This document shows, piece after piece, positions 8,830 to 22,051 of a stretch of 64,000 bases of DNA (the first letter of the stretch is position 1; every line of letters begins with the position of its first letter). The stretch is from Selaginella moellendorffii (taxonomy: Eukaryota > Plantae > Lycopodiophyta). The notes under the pieces were generated by a model, which did not search any database, was not told the origin of the DNA, and worked only from the letters and a program-made list of their open reading frames with translations. The position numbers and the translations under genes were made by a program. The stretch covers positions 1,767 through 65,766 of the forward strand of contig NW_003314312.1 of NCBI RefSeq assembly GCF_000143415.4, written 5' to 3'.

Positions 8830-11800
8830 TTTGGACCATCCCCATTCTTGGGATGCCATGGTTGGTGAAGGTGGATCCAGAGATAAAGTGGAGTATTAAG
8901 CGTATTTCACTGGAGTATAGTGGTGTTAAAGATGTGTGGTTTGGTGAGGGCGTTCAACCATCAGTTGTTATACTCTCTACTACATCTTTGAAGCGGGCTT
9001 GTCATAATGGAAAAGCACTTTTGAGTTACTTGCTATTTGTTCGTGACTTGAGGAACCAAGGCACGTGTGGGGGAGAAGCAGCAGTACGGGATGTACTAGA
9101 CAAGTTTTCTAATGTTTTTCCATCTAAACTTCCTTATGGATTGCCTCCGTTACGAGGTGTGGAGCATGGGATTACATTGGAGCCGGGGACATGACCAATT
9201 TACCGGTGTCCACTTCAGTTAAGTTATGCGGAGGAGCAAAAAATTCAACGACAAGTCAAGGAGTTACTTGAGTTTGGATTTATTCAGCCAAGTAAGTCTC
9301 CGTTTGGTGCTTCGGTCTTGCTTGTGAAAAAAAAGGACGGTTCAATACGAATGTGTATTGACTACCGCACTTTGAACAAGAAGACAGTGAAGGATAAGAT
9401 GCCGATGCCACGTGTGGATGATATCCTGGACAAGCTTGGTGAAGCACGAGTGTTTACCAAAATTGATCTGAGGAGTGGATATCATCAGATTGTAATGGAT
9501 GATGCATCTATCTCCAAGACAGCATTTAACACAAGCTTCAGACATTTTGAGTTTATAGTTATGCCGTTTGGTTTGATGAATGCACCAGCCACATTTACTC
9601 GGTTGATGATGAAGATATTTGAGTGTTATCTTCATGAGTTTGTGGAGATTTTCTTGGATGATATTCATGTTTTTAGCAAGAATATAGAGGAGCATAGGGT
9701 GCATTTACACAAGGTTCTTTTGTTACTTCGAGACAACAAACTTTATGTGAAGAAGAGCAAATATGAATTTGCAAAGTCGAAGGTGGAATATCTAGGCCAT
9801 ATTGTGACATCTAAGGGTGTCAAGACGAATCTAAGGAAGGTGGCTGTGGTGGAAAACTAGCCTACACCGACTACAGTGGCCAAGTTGCGCAATTTTCTTG
9901 GTATGGCTAGTTACTACCGATATTTCCAGCATAAGTTTGTAGAGGTGGCTATTCCTTTGATACAGTTGTTACGCAAGAATGTGCCATTCAAGTGGAGGAA
10001 GCCATAAGAGGAGAGTTTTGTAGCGCTGAAACGATTATTGAGCGAGACTCCAGTGCTTCGCATTGCTGATCCATCGAAACCTTACAAAGTGACATGTGAT
10101 GTGAGTGGTTATGCACTGGGAGGCATTCTCATGCAAGAGGGACAACCTATTGCATATGAGAGTCGAACTTTGAATTCCGCAGAGCAATGCTATTTCACAT
10201 ATGAGCAAGAGTTACTCTCTATTGTTCATGCTTTGCGGATGTGGCAGCACTATCTTTATGGTGCAGTGTTCGTGGTGTTGACAGATCACAAACCACTTGT
10301 GTCTCTTTTCACACAGAAGGAGTTGAACACTAGGCAAACTCGTTGGATAGTCAAACTTATGGAGTTTAGGGAGTTTTCTATTGAGCATCGTCTGGGAAAA
10401 TCAAATGTGGTGGCAAATGCTTTATCTCGTGTTTGTCATGTGATGACATTACAAACACGATTTTGTCATCATTTGAGTAAAGTGGTTAGTGAGTTTGGGT
10501 AGTTGGTTGAGCATGCTCAGGCTCAAGATGCTGAGGTGGCCTCTTTGCGAGACCAGATGGAAGCTCCTTTCTCATTAGTGGATGGGATTCTCTACTACAA
10601 TGGCCGTGTATATTTGCCACCGGTGGATGCATTAATTACTCAAGTTTTATTCCACTATCATGATCGTCCAGAGGCCGGTCATTTTGGGGGGAAGAAGACG
10701 TTTGAGTTGATTAAGTGCAACTTTTATTGGAGGAATATAAAGGCTGATATCTTCAAGTATTGTAAATCATGCAAGCTTTGTCAGCGGGTTAAGGTGCCAC
10801 GGGAGAAACCGGGGGACTTTTGTAACCTTTACCTATTCCTCAAAGCCGTTGGTGTAGTATCTCTATGGACTTCATCACTTGTTTGCCACGAACACAAAGG
10901 CAAAAGGAGCAAGTATGGGTCATAGTGGATCGGTTGACAAAGTGTGTGCGATTGTTGGCTCTTCGGAAGACTGTCACTGTCTCAGACTTGGCTGCAGTTT
11001 ATTTGGAGAAGGTTTTTCCTGATTTTGGTTTGCCGGAAGATATCATTAGTGATCGAGATTCAAAGTTCACTAGTGGATTTTGGAAAAGCTTTACAAAGGC
11101 TATGCAAGTGACTTTGAAATTCTCGAGTGGAGATCATCTTCAGACGGATGGGCAAACCAAGCGTGTGAATCAGGTGGTGGAGGATATGCTACGTTGTAGC
11201 ATTGGTCAAAAGCAAGGACAATGGGATTTATATCTTCTGTTGGTGCAATTTGCTTACAACAATAGCCAACACAGTGGAACCAAGCTAAGTGGCCATAGAA
11301 CTTGATGAGATTCTGGTGGTGTGCAAACGGAATTTGCAAGCAACTCAGGATAGAGTAAAGAAGTTTGCCAATGAGCATTGCCAATTCTGGGAATATAAGG
11401 TGGGTGATCTCGTCTTTGTGCGCGTGATCTTTCCGTCAAGTGAGCAGTGGAACACCTTGGTGCCTTTACAGACAGGGAAGAGTGATAAAATTTCCTATCG
11501 ATATGCTGGTCCATATGAAGTGCTGGAGCGTATTGGTAAAACGGCTTATAGGGTGCGGCTACTAGCTGGGGTGAAAATTCATCCGATATTTTATGTTAGC
11601 CAGTTGAAAGATGTACTATCTCGGAGTGATGGGCCCAATGCCTCCTTGATGTATATGGCTGTAGAAGATGGACCAAGAGCTTGAGCAGGGTTCCCTAGAA
11701 AGGGTGATCACCGGTACAACTCGTCCTTGGGACAAGGACTTTGTTGGGGGGGAAGAATTGTTAGGCACCAGCTTTGACTACGTGGTCAACATTGGTCAAA

Positions 11801-11982
11801 GGGAGGCTCAAGGGTATATTAAGGCATGTTAGGGTAAGGGACTTAACCTACCCTAGGGCTCACAGTGGAGCGGCGGCACAGTGGAGAGCTCGGGGGTGGT
11901 TGGGTGGTGAGGAACCTCAAGAGGCAGCGTAACATAGTCTAGGGTGACTAGATCTTTGTCTTTTTTGCGCCAGATCATAACA
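8830..11982 (+). mobile_element. 5'-truncated, decayed Ty3/Gypsy retrotransposon (RT-RNaseH-integrase, PPT, 3' LTR)
   Basis: RT LVKKKDGSIRMCIDYR...DLRSGYHQI...FLDDI; RNaseH TCDVSGYALGGIL...TDHKPL; integrase H-H-CC, IISDRDSKF, GPY; several stops and frameshifts. PPT gggggggaagaa 11746-11757. Confidence 0.95.
11759..11982 (+). repeat. 3' LTR (224 bp, TGTTA...TAACA)
   Basis: Follows the PPT; 5-bp terminal inverted repeats. Confidence 0.75.
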
Positions 11983-11989
11983 CATAAAC

Positions 11990-12420
11990 TCGTCAAAGTC
12001 TTTCAATATTTCATCTACTATATGTTGAAATATTGCATTAGTCCCCAATCAACCCAAATGACATTATAGTGAACTTGTTTAAACTTGTCATAGTTTGGTA
12101 GACAGTATTCATAGAATCAAAAAAATTTATAATTATTTTCAAATACCCTGATGTCATATCTAAGATAGTGAAATATTGATTGTTCTCAAAGAATTCATTA
12201 ACTGGAGGCAATAGATGCAAATTAGCCACTGTGATATCATTCATAGAACAATAATGGATTTTAAATCACTTACTCTAATTTGGTTTAGGAACAAGATATT
12301 GCTATAGAGCCTATGGAATATTGATTTCCAAAATCAAGCACTTCTTTCATACACTTGCTCATTTTCTTCTTCTTCTGAGGAAATCACTAGCAAAAGCCCA
12401 TTTTTATAGGACATGCATCT
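11990..12420 (-). pseudogene. Highly decayed Gypsy reverse transcriptase fragment
   Basis: YFTILDMTSGYLKI...TVYQT...FTIMSFGL resembles RT (LDLxSGYxQI...TAFxT...FxVMPFGL). Confidence 0.65.
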
Positions 12421-12557
12421 CAAGTAGAAATACTATATTGTGCACATGTGGTGGACTTTGGTCTGATTAATAATGGGACCAAATAGCTTAAAAAAAATTT
12501 GAGTTAAGAGTTTTTCAACATACCCCTCATATTCTGCAGAAGAAGGCTTAAGTTGCA

Positions 12558-12823
12558 ATGTTGACCAATTCTGAAAAAGCAAACATGAATCTCTTGTCTT
12601 CCATGAACTCAATACCACATATGGAGAAAGAGATAAAAACTTCTACATTTTTGAAAAAGTATTGATTAAGGACATTGGCATCTTGATAACAATTTTCACA
12701 ATTTGTGGTACTTAACCAATGCTTTTTCAAAAGTGCACAACCCTTGCTCTCTTTCTCCATATGTGGTATTGAGTTCATGGAACACAAGAGATTCATGTTT
12801 TCTTTTTCAGGATTAGTCAACAT
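12558..12823. other. Long fold-back inverted repeat (MIRNA-like hairpin or MITE)
   Basis: 12558-12633 pairs with 12747-12823; inner arm ~12646-12673 pairs with ~12706-12735; loop ~30 nt. Confidence 0.85.
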
Positions 12824-13471
12824 CAATAACTTATAATATTGATAGGACTCTCTATCATAGAATTAAGATCTAAACAAGCTTACATATTCAAACTAACTAA
12901 CTAATATAATGGTTTTTATCTAAGATTATAAGGCCAAAGTTAATTTAAATAATTAATAATGTTTGGTTTGCTTCATTCTTATTTAGTATTATTGAATAAT
13001 ATAATTGATCAACAATTATAAAAATGTTTATAATTTTTACATCAAGATTAGCATACAATTAGATAGAAAGTGCTTAGGAAATTTTATAAATTATAAATAC
13101 AAGATTAATCTAAATGAATAACAACCATTAGATGGTAGAATGTCTTAGAATATCTATGCATATTCTAAGTATGTACACTACCACAGGTTTTGTCAAACAA
13201 ACCAAAAATAAAATCAAAAAGGGAATATATTTTTATAAATTATAAATTATAAAGTGATCTACTTCTTAACATTATCAATAACATCTATTTTTCCTTATTT
13301 ATAAAACTTCTCCATTTTGATTGATGCTATTGCAGCATTGACTATTATGAATCACATAAATATTCTAAACATAATATGTAACTAATTCCTCCTATATTTC
13401 TATGCTTAAGTTTTTTAATCATATTTAACCATCTTGTAGAGTATAGCCATCTATTAATATAATCATTTATA

Positions 13472-13858
13472 ATGACTTTAATAGTAACAGCATTATTAAT
13501 ATTATTTTGTACTACTAATGGTAAAATAACTGTAAGTGTTTTAAATAGGGTGGGTTCAAAACTAGAATTACACTGTGCATCAGCAGACGTTAATATGGGT
13601 ATAAAAACTATTAATGATCGTCAAGGAATTTCATTTGAATTTAGTGAGAAATGGTTTGCAACAACAGAATTTTGGTGCACTGCAAAAATAGAAAATATAA
13701 AATACACTACTTTTACAGCATATAAAGCAGGTAATTCTGACTATGGAGGACAACCTAATATTGAATGGTATATATTTTCATATGCAATTTTTATGACTCA
13801 TAAACAAGCATTAGATCCAAATGAATGGAGTATACCTATGAGATATTATTTGTGGTAA
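13472..13858 (+). CDS. S-protein homologue (plant self-incompatibility S1 / SPH family) secreted protein
   Basis: Signal peptide, then TVSVLNRV...LELHCASADVNMG...FEFSEKWFATTEFWC...W, the SPH consensus (LxxHCxSxDxDLG...FxF...TxFxC). Intronless and intact. Confidence 0.85.
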   Translation: MTLIVTALLILFCTTNGKITVSVLNRVGSKLELHCASADVNMGIKTINDRQGISFEFSEKWFATTEFWCTAKIENIKYTTFTAYKAGNSDYGGQPNIEWYIFSYAIFMTHKQALDPNEWSIPMRYYLW

Positions 13859-14899
13859 TAATTGTTTTTTAAATTTTACTAAATAAATGTTTTTAAAAAT
13901 TATATAGCATAATTGTTAATTGTATTAAATTAAAAATCCTTATTTAATATATAATTTTATAATGTTTTATATTATAATAATGTTTTCTAAATAATTATGT
14001 TTTATTTTATTTTTATGCATAAATAAGTATTTTTAATTTAAATATGTTTATAAATAAAAATAATTTGTTGTCTAATTAATCTTAGGAAAATGTAATTGGT
14101 GTCAATGCTTGATCATACTCCATACTATGGTGGGAAAGCAATGGGAAGATAGAATGTAAGTGATAATATATTGAAAACTGTTCCTCAAGCATTTTATTCT
14201 CCCCCTTCTGTATGAGAAAGAACATTGTCATTCCTGTTATGGCTCTTGTTTCATCGGTCTCCTGATACTTCCTCCATTTGCTCTCCACTCATCCAAACCA
14301 GTCCCTGTTTCAGACTTAGTGCTGTTGCTTCATGTTCCCAAAGAAATCCATAAGAAACTTTCACCTCCAGATTGGCATCCATTAGTTTTCTCTCCCATGT
14401 AGACGATCCCACAAAGCTTATATACATGATGGTGATGGAAAGCTATTGATATGATGCTTTGTAGACTTCCATAAAGCCTTGACACAGTCTGGTGATGGCC
14501 ATAGCAAACACAATTTACATCATTTGCCTCCACGGTTGAGAGACTGGGGAATTCTATATATGCTCCCTGGGTGTAAACATCTTTCTATTTATCTATAAAA
14601 GTCGCAACAAGTTTTCTGATCTTTTGGCATGGCTTGGCTGAATTCCATAGAACTCATTTGGAATGGAATTCTTTCTACTAGACTATGAGAACTGGTACCC
14701 TGTGTGTGGAAGCGAATTCACTAAAATGCTCAAATAAATAAAACCTTCATTATACTAAGCTACTAAAACATCAACTATATAGAAAATAATCATTATGTAC
14801 ACCTGAGTTCTAAACAAGATATATTTGTAGAAACCATACAAATATAATTAACAGAGAAACATGGCCTGAAAATGAATGTTGGCAAGAAACACAAACGAT

Positions 14900-16800
14900 C
14901 CCACAGCCCATACCCAGCAACAGAAATGAGACCACTTCTCGTAAATCAGGGACAAAAGGCATTTGCTTTAGAAGCTCTATGGCATCGATCGAGTAGGCTC
15001 TTTTTCCCAGCATGTCAATCATACAGCCATAGTGATCCTTGTTGGGTTTCATGCTATTGTCGCTACTAATTGCACAAAAGAGCCTCCACCCAGAAGATAA
15101 GTCCCCATGGCTGGATCCAATAAGAGCACACGAGAAACATGCCTCGTCAGGAACATACCCTTGGAGTTCCAAATCTCAAAAGAGATCAAGAGCATCTTCA
15201 GGATGTCCAGAGCGGGTATATGCCACCATCATGGAGCTCCATGAGACCGAGCTTAAGTGAGGCATAGCATTAAAGAGGCATAGCATTAAAAACTTTGCGA
15301 GCTCTTTTGAGATGTCCGTTCTGGGCGTAAGTGGAAATCATCGAGTTCCAAGAGAAAGTGTCCCGATATGGAATCTCACCAAAGAGAATCTCCACACATT
15401 TAAGCCTCTTTGTACTTGCTAGCACGGAGAACATCATGCTAGAAGAAGCCAAGCTCCTGAACGGCATCATGTAGACATTGACTCGGCATGATCAAAATAC
15501 CCAGTTTCGGCATATGCGGAAAGCATTGTGTTCCAAGCTAGAAAATTCTTCTCCGGGGTTTCATCAAATACGTGCTTTGCGCTCTCAATATTTTTGGTCT
15601 TTGCAAATGCCGTGATCATCAGATTGCATGACACGAGATCGTGAAGCGGCATTGGAGTGAAGAAGAGTCTCTCAACACTTTAGTGCTTCCACACTGACCA
15701 AGAGCATCGAATTCCAAGAAATCTGATCACGCTGTGGCATGCTATCGAAGATCTTCTTTGCGCCTTCAATCGAGCCTCCGGACTGTGCGTGCGCTGCGAG
15801 CATGATGTTCCACGACAAGAGGTTGCAGAGCTTCATGGATGAAAAGATCTCTCTGGCCCGCTCCAGATCCCTGTGCTGGGCATAAGAGGCGAGCATCGCG
15901 TTGTAACTCGCGAGGCTGGAATCGAAGGTGCGTCGCGATTCTTGGAGCTGCCCGTGCTGCGCGAAAGCGATCACCATCACGTTCCAGGAGATCGCATCCC
16001 TCTCCGGCATTCGATCGAAAGCGCGCTGGATTCCTGGAGGTGGACATTCTGAGAGTAGCACGAGATTAGAGCGTTCCAGGACGAGATGGATCGCTCCGGC
16101 ATGGCATCAAATAGCGCCTTGGCCTCTTCCACATGACCGTGATCTACCAGAGCCGAGAGCATCGCGTTCCAGCAAATGAGATCCTTGTGCGGCATTCTCT
16201 TCGCAAAGATCTCTCTCGAGATGGCAAGATGCCCTTGCTGGGCATATACAACGAGCATAGCAGTGGAGGAAACAACATCGTGCTCTGGCATGGCGCCAAA
16301 GATTATCCTCTATTTCTCCAGAGAAAACGCATCTAGCACTGCATTCCAGGAGATGATGCTCCAAACCGGCATGGTCTCAAAGATCTCCAAAGCATCTTCT
16401 GGAAGCCCGTTTCTGGCAAATGCTGTAAGCATTGCAGTCCACGAGAAAAGATTAGGATCTGGCATCACATTGAAAACCTCTTTAGCCAGTAGAAACTCGT
16501 TATTGCGCAAATACCCACTCAGCATCGAGTTCCAAGAGATCGAGTCCACCCAGGCATGGACTGGAAGAGCTCTGCCGCCTCTACTAGATGCCCGTTTTTG
16601 GCAAATACGGCAATCATCGAGTTCCATGAAACAAGATCCCTCTCTGGCATTGCATCGAAAGTTCCTTTTGCCCTGACAACGTCCCTGGCACGAATGTAGG
16701 CGGCAAGTTTTGTGCTCAAAGAGAGAGGCTGCTGATCTAGGCCTACAAGATCGTAGTTGTGGAGTTGGATCGTTGCACAGCTGTGAGTAACCATCTAAGC
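14900..16800 (-). pseudogene. PLS-class PPR pseudogene
   Basis: Repeated FDxMPxRDxxSWNxM motifs spread over several frames with stops; C-terminal HYGCMIDMLG...MPFVPD. Confidence 0.9.
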
Positions 16801-17989
16801 GAGCATCCGCAGATAAAGGCATTGTTCTTGGCAACAATAGTGACCATAGCATTAATCTTAAATTAATTTCAGCAAGAATCTTACCTTTAATAGTGGATAT
16901 TTTCTATACTATCGTCCAACGGTTCTTATTCATTTAGAATTTGTTTATAAATTATAATTTATAAACCCATATTGATAAGGGTACAATCCCGCCAACTCAC
17001 ACATTTGTTTTGAATCAACTCATAAGGTGATGGACTGTCCACTAAATATTGGAAGACAGCTTGCCATAAGTAGAGAGCTCAGTTTTCTCAAGGAACTAAG
17101 GAGGCAAAAGATGAAGTGCTACTCTTCTCCTTGTTCTTCACAAAATTGATGGGTGCCATGGTGGATTGTTGTTGCTATTGCTTTCTTCCCCCAGTCCAGT
17201 TTCTAGTATGGATAAGGAATGTTTTATAGCAATCAATACTAGCTCTTCAGCAGATCCTTCTTTTGTGGGCAATTATCACAGCTTTGGTTCCAATTACATA
17301 TAAGATTCCTTTTGTTTAGCAAATCTAAACTAGTTAGTTTAGCTTTAAAATAATGCTATTCTTGGTTTGCTTTAAGTTTTTATATTTTTTGTTTAATATG
17401 TCTTTTACTTATAATTCAATATACAAATGAAACAAATTAAGATATGCATTTGTTTCAATTGATTTTTGATGGGTTGTGTATGATTTTGTTAAAAAATTAT
17501 ATAAATTTTCTCTAATGCCTCCTTTGTTGACTTATTAAGTAAACAATAATTTCCAAAGCATTTTAGACAATCAAAGAAATTATAAATCTATGTAGTTAAG
17601 ATATATATAGTGTTTGCACTTTTTTATTATAGAAAATGTTATGGAACATAATAAAGAATGTGACCAATAACTTTTATTAACTCTTTAAAAGTCCATTCAA
17701 CATGACTGTAAATAAAGATTAATTAAACAATCTTTATACAGAAGAATTGAGATGACAAAGTGGTAATGATTGTGTGCTAGTTGACAATCAAATGCATTGA
17801 CTTTACTGGGTAATAATACCATTTGATTAGTTTAAAGTTTTAGGCTTCTTATTTTAGATTGTGAATAATTTAGAAATTGCAACTTTAAAAGTTCTTATTA
17901 CTTGATTGTGGATTAAAAGTCAAAGAGTTGCTTTCTTCATTTATAGTAGGATTTAAGACTAGACAAAACACTTTAGCTTCAGCAATTTA

Positions 17990-19800
17990 GCTAATATTTA
18001 ACAAAGGAGCCAAACCAAATGGGACATATGGTAAAAAGAAATTCAGGAAGAGTTTCTCTAAAAATGAGTCTTTAGGGTTTTGGAATGGCAAATCTAGTGG
18101 CTAACTCTATTGTTCCAACTTGCCTTGGTGAATTAAAAATTCTAGCCTTTGTACTTCTTGAATTCATCCATGACATTCTTGTGGGAATCTCTTCCAAAAG
18201 ATAATCTATCCTTAGAGTGTCTACCATAATATTGCTCTTTCTAGGTTTATACAAAATCTTGCAATCAAACTTGATCAAAGCATTAGCCCACTGATCTTGT
18301 TTTCTTCGCAGGTCAAATTTGACAAGAAGTGTTTTGTTGCCACATTATTCATATAAACTTTAAAGTGCCGTTCTAGGTAGTGTGGCCAATCCTTAAATGC
18401 TTTAACCATCGCAAATAATTTCTTTTCATGGGTAGGCCACTTTTTTTAACCTTGTTTAACTTCTTTGAAAAGAATGCCATTGGATGGCTGTTTTGCTTCA
18501 AAATTACGCCCAATACAAAGTTTAAAATGTTCATTTCTATCTCAAAGTCCTTACTAAAATATAGTAATGCCAACACAAGAGTCTTCCTCAACTTCCCTTT
18601 GAGGTTTATCACGTCACATTCCATTATCCATACCTTTTTCCCTTTTCCCATTTCATCTATTAAAGGTAAGGTTACTCTTGTATAATATTTGATAAACTTT
18701 TGGTAGTAGTTGCATAGCCCTAAGAATGCCTTTAACTTGTGTATATTCGATGGTTATTCCCATTATTAGATTACTTGAACCTTCTCAAGGTCCACTTTAA
18801 GCCGTTCTTGCCCACCACATGCTCGTGAGATTTTACCTCTTGTTGAGCAAAACCACATTTATTCTCTTTAGTATATAATTTGTGTTCCTTTAATTTCTTA
18901 AACACCTTCATCAAGTGTTTGTCAAGTGTTGTTGCATTTTCTTTTGCTTCTCATCATGCTTTAGCTTCCATATAAAGGTTTTTAGCAAGGCATTAGTCTA
19001 TGCCAATTGTCCTTTTAGAACGTTCAATTAAGCCTTGGATGACTAAACCTCATTATTGAACTCTTATTTAGAAATTTCCTCACTAAAGTCCTCTTTATGT
19101 ATGGATTCCTCATCCATAGCTTTTTATTCGACTGAAGGTTCCATCTCTGGAGGAAGTTCTATCTTTGCCTTAGTTCTTTTATGCCCTACATTAGCCATTT
19201 CTTAACAATCGGCATCTATCCTTCATTAGAACTGAAAAAAAGGCTCCGATACCAAATGATAAACCATAAATTTTTTTTTCTAATTTGCCAACTTACCTCG
19301 TTTATCTAACCACCACTACCTTAACCTTAATTAAGTTCCCTCACCAAGGTTCCCACCTATTATACTAGTTTCTACTTAATTCTACTTAGTTCCAACTACT
19401 CACTGCATGAGCAATAGAGTTTTAGCTATCCGTCTACGGATTCCCAAATTCTCTCCTAATCCCATTCCCCGAGTTAGACTAGACTTAAAAGTTCTATTAC
19501 ATTACATGTAGGCACAAGCAGCCAAGCATATCAAGCCTCTATGTTTTTAACATCCCTTGGTACAATAAAATTTGATCATAAGACCCTCTAAATCCTAAGC
19601 TTTGGGTGCATCACTTGCTTTAAGACCCCAAAGGAAAACATCGTGGCCTAACAGCCTGATATGGGTACCTCTACTCCCCCACTTCCATCTTGAAGGGAAG
19701 GCCCAAGCCTCTAGGAAAGAGTGAGGACCAATAAGCTATAAGGTACTCAAGTGGGGCACCATTCCACATGAGCCAAGAGCACTATAATCAATTTTCCTTC
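17990..19800 (-). mobile_element. Rearranged, internally deleted Gypsy remnant (RNaseH/RT pieces, gag start, Met-i PBS, LTR), same family as the element at 62.2 kb
   Basis: RNaseH-like VLALLYFSKDFEIEMN...GVILKQNSHPMAFFSKKL; PBS tggtatcggagcc on minus strand at 19242-19254; the 5' leader and gag start resemble 62240-62400. Confidence 0.75.
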
Positions 19801-20099
19801 CGAGAGTGGGAGTTACTTTTGAGCACTTTTTTGGGTGGCCTCTTTGGCACCACGTGAGTCCATGCTCACCCTAACCTTTAGTCTCAACCTCAAGTTAGTT
19901 TGGAAGCACTATTGGAGAGGTCTTTCAAACTTGGTTCTTAAACCTAACTATCCCTACTATACTTTTAGAACCCTCTACAATAGAGCCTCTACACTTCTCT
20001 ACAATTGTTCATCATTTATTGGAAAATTGCTAGAGCATTATTCAAAAGAAACAACATCACCAAGAACTTATATAAACTAAATAATATATGAAAAGCAAT

Positions 20100-22051
20100 C
20101 TTGGAAATATTTTTCTAGGACATAGGCACTTTCTAGTGTAAAATCTAACTTGATAAATCAATAACTTCTCCCCAGACGATCCAAGAGATTAGCAATGTGA
20201 GGTAGAAGGTACATATCCGGGATTATCACTTTATTTAATGGACAATAGTCAATGTAGAAAAAAAATATTCCCATTAAGCTTCATCACAAGATGAAGCTCA
20301 CATGCCTAGGGATTCTACAATTTTTGAATAATAACATTTTCTAACATCTTTTTGACATTTGTATACAAAATTTTAATCTCTTTTGATGACCGATGATAAA
20401 CAAGAACCTTGATAAAATATTTCTTTCTTATACTTCTGATTAAATACTTAGTGGATCAACACTAAGTTGCATTGTTCTTGTCAAAATTGATTATTTTTAG
20501 AATGAAGTGGAATGCAACTACACTTGTAGAACATCCTTCTCATTGAGGATCATGTATGACTAGAGGATATTTGTGGAGATCTTTAAGGTCTTGCCTCAGG
20601 GGACTAGGCCTCTTCTTGTTCTTGCAGTGATTTGTGTTAAGAAGTAATTGATCAAAAGTAATGATACATTTTGTTACCATTATTGTCATCATATCATCTA
20701 TGCTTGATCTTATTAAGGATGGATTGTCCTCTAGAAGAGATTCCCACAAGAATGTCATGGATGAATCCAAGAAGTATAAAGGCTAGATTTTTTAATTTAC
20801 TAAGGTAAGTTGGAACAATAAAGTTGGTCACTGGATTTGCTTTTTTGAAATTCTAAGGACTCATCCTTAAAGAAACTCTTCCTGAATTTCCTTTTGCCAT
20901 ATATCCCTCTTGGTCTGGCTCTTTTGTTAAACATGGATCTTGACCCTATTGTGTTCCCCTTTTATAAGTTATCATTGAAATGCATTTTAATAGCTACATC
21001 CAATGCTTCTTTGTAGTTGGTCAGGTTCCAATGCATTACTTTACCCCGAGCCTAGGTTAGTAAGCCTAATACGAAGGCATGGAATGCGTTTATATTGTTC
21101 ATATCTGTAACAAGGATTTTTGGTCATAAATACATTCATATACTCTTGAATGATTCCTATTTACTTTAGCCTACTTAATTTATCCCTTAGGTACAAAGTA
21201 GTATTCGGAAAAACATAAGTTGCACAGATCCTTGCCTTTACCATTTGCCAAGTATAGTTTTGCACATGGGACATTTTCCAAGCTTAATAACTGTAATGCT
21301 CGAAAATAATTTTTTATATCGTAAAACCAATCCTCTACCACCTTATAGTCATTCACTCCCTTGAAAACTAGTGAAAATTTTAGTTTATACTTAGGAACTG
21401 CTTAAAGAATTAATTCTACTTTGATTTATTTGACTTTGTTTGGTTCTGCTTCAATCCCTACCAAAGGGTCCACACCTTTTACACTGCCAACCTCTACAGT
21501 CTTTTGTGTTTTCTTCTGTTTCTTGTTATACTTGAGCTTGTATACAAGGGTCTTTAGCAGGGCATTGGTATGTATCAATTGTCCTTCTAAAGTGTCCAAT
21601 CAAGCCTTAGACAACCAAACCTTACCACCATACTCATGTTTGGAAGTCTTTTCATTGGAGTCCTCTTTATACAAGGATTCCTCATCCATAACTTATTGTT
21701 CAATTGGAGGCTCTATCTCTAGAGGAGGTTCCACTTCTACATTGGTTTGCTTATGCCTTGCTTTAGCCATCTCCTAGCAATCTGCATCTATCTTTGCTAG
21801 AACTTTAGAAAAAAACTCTAATACAAAATTATAAGTCCAACTCAAATTTGGTCATACTTAGATTCAACTACTCATTACACAAACAATAAAGTGTTATCTA
21901 TTAATTCATAGATTCTTAAATTCTCTCTTAATCCCCCTCCCTGAGTTAGATTGAATTTAAGGTTCATAGGCATAAGAAGCCAAACACACCAAACTTCCAA
22001 ATTTCTAACATCCTTTGGTATAACAAAATTTGATTATAAAACCCTCTAAAT
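20100..22051 (-). mobile_element. Second decayed Gypsy remnant of the same family (gag, RT scraps, LTR interrupted at 22051)
   Basis: 20810-21780 is a degenerate reverse complement of gag 62288-63300. 21920-22051 aligns with LTR sequence at 19450-19592 and breaks off at ccctctaaat. Confidence 0.75.

Noticed and set aside
14082-14580. Possible minus-strand gene fragment
   Set aside because: Coding-like composition, but no recognisable family or consistent frame.
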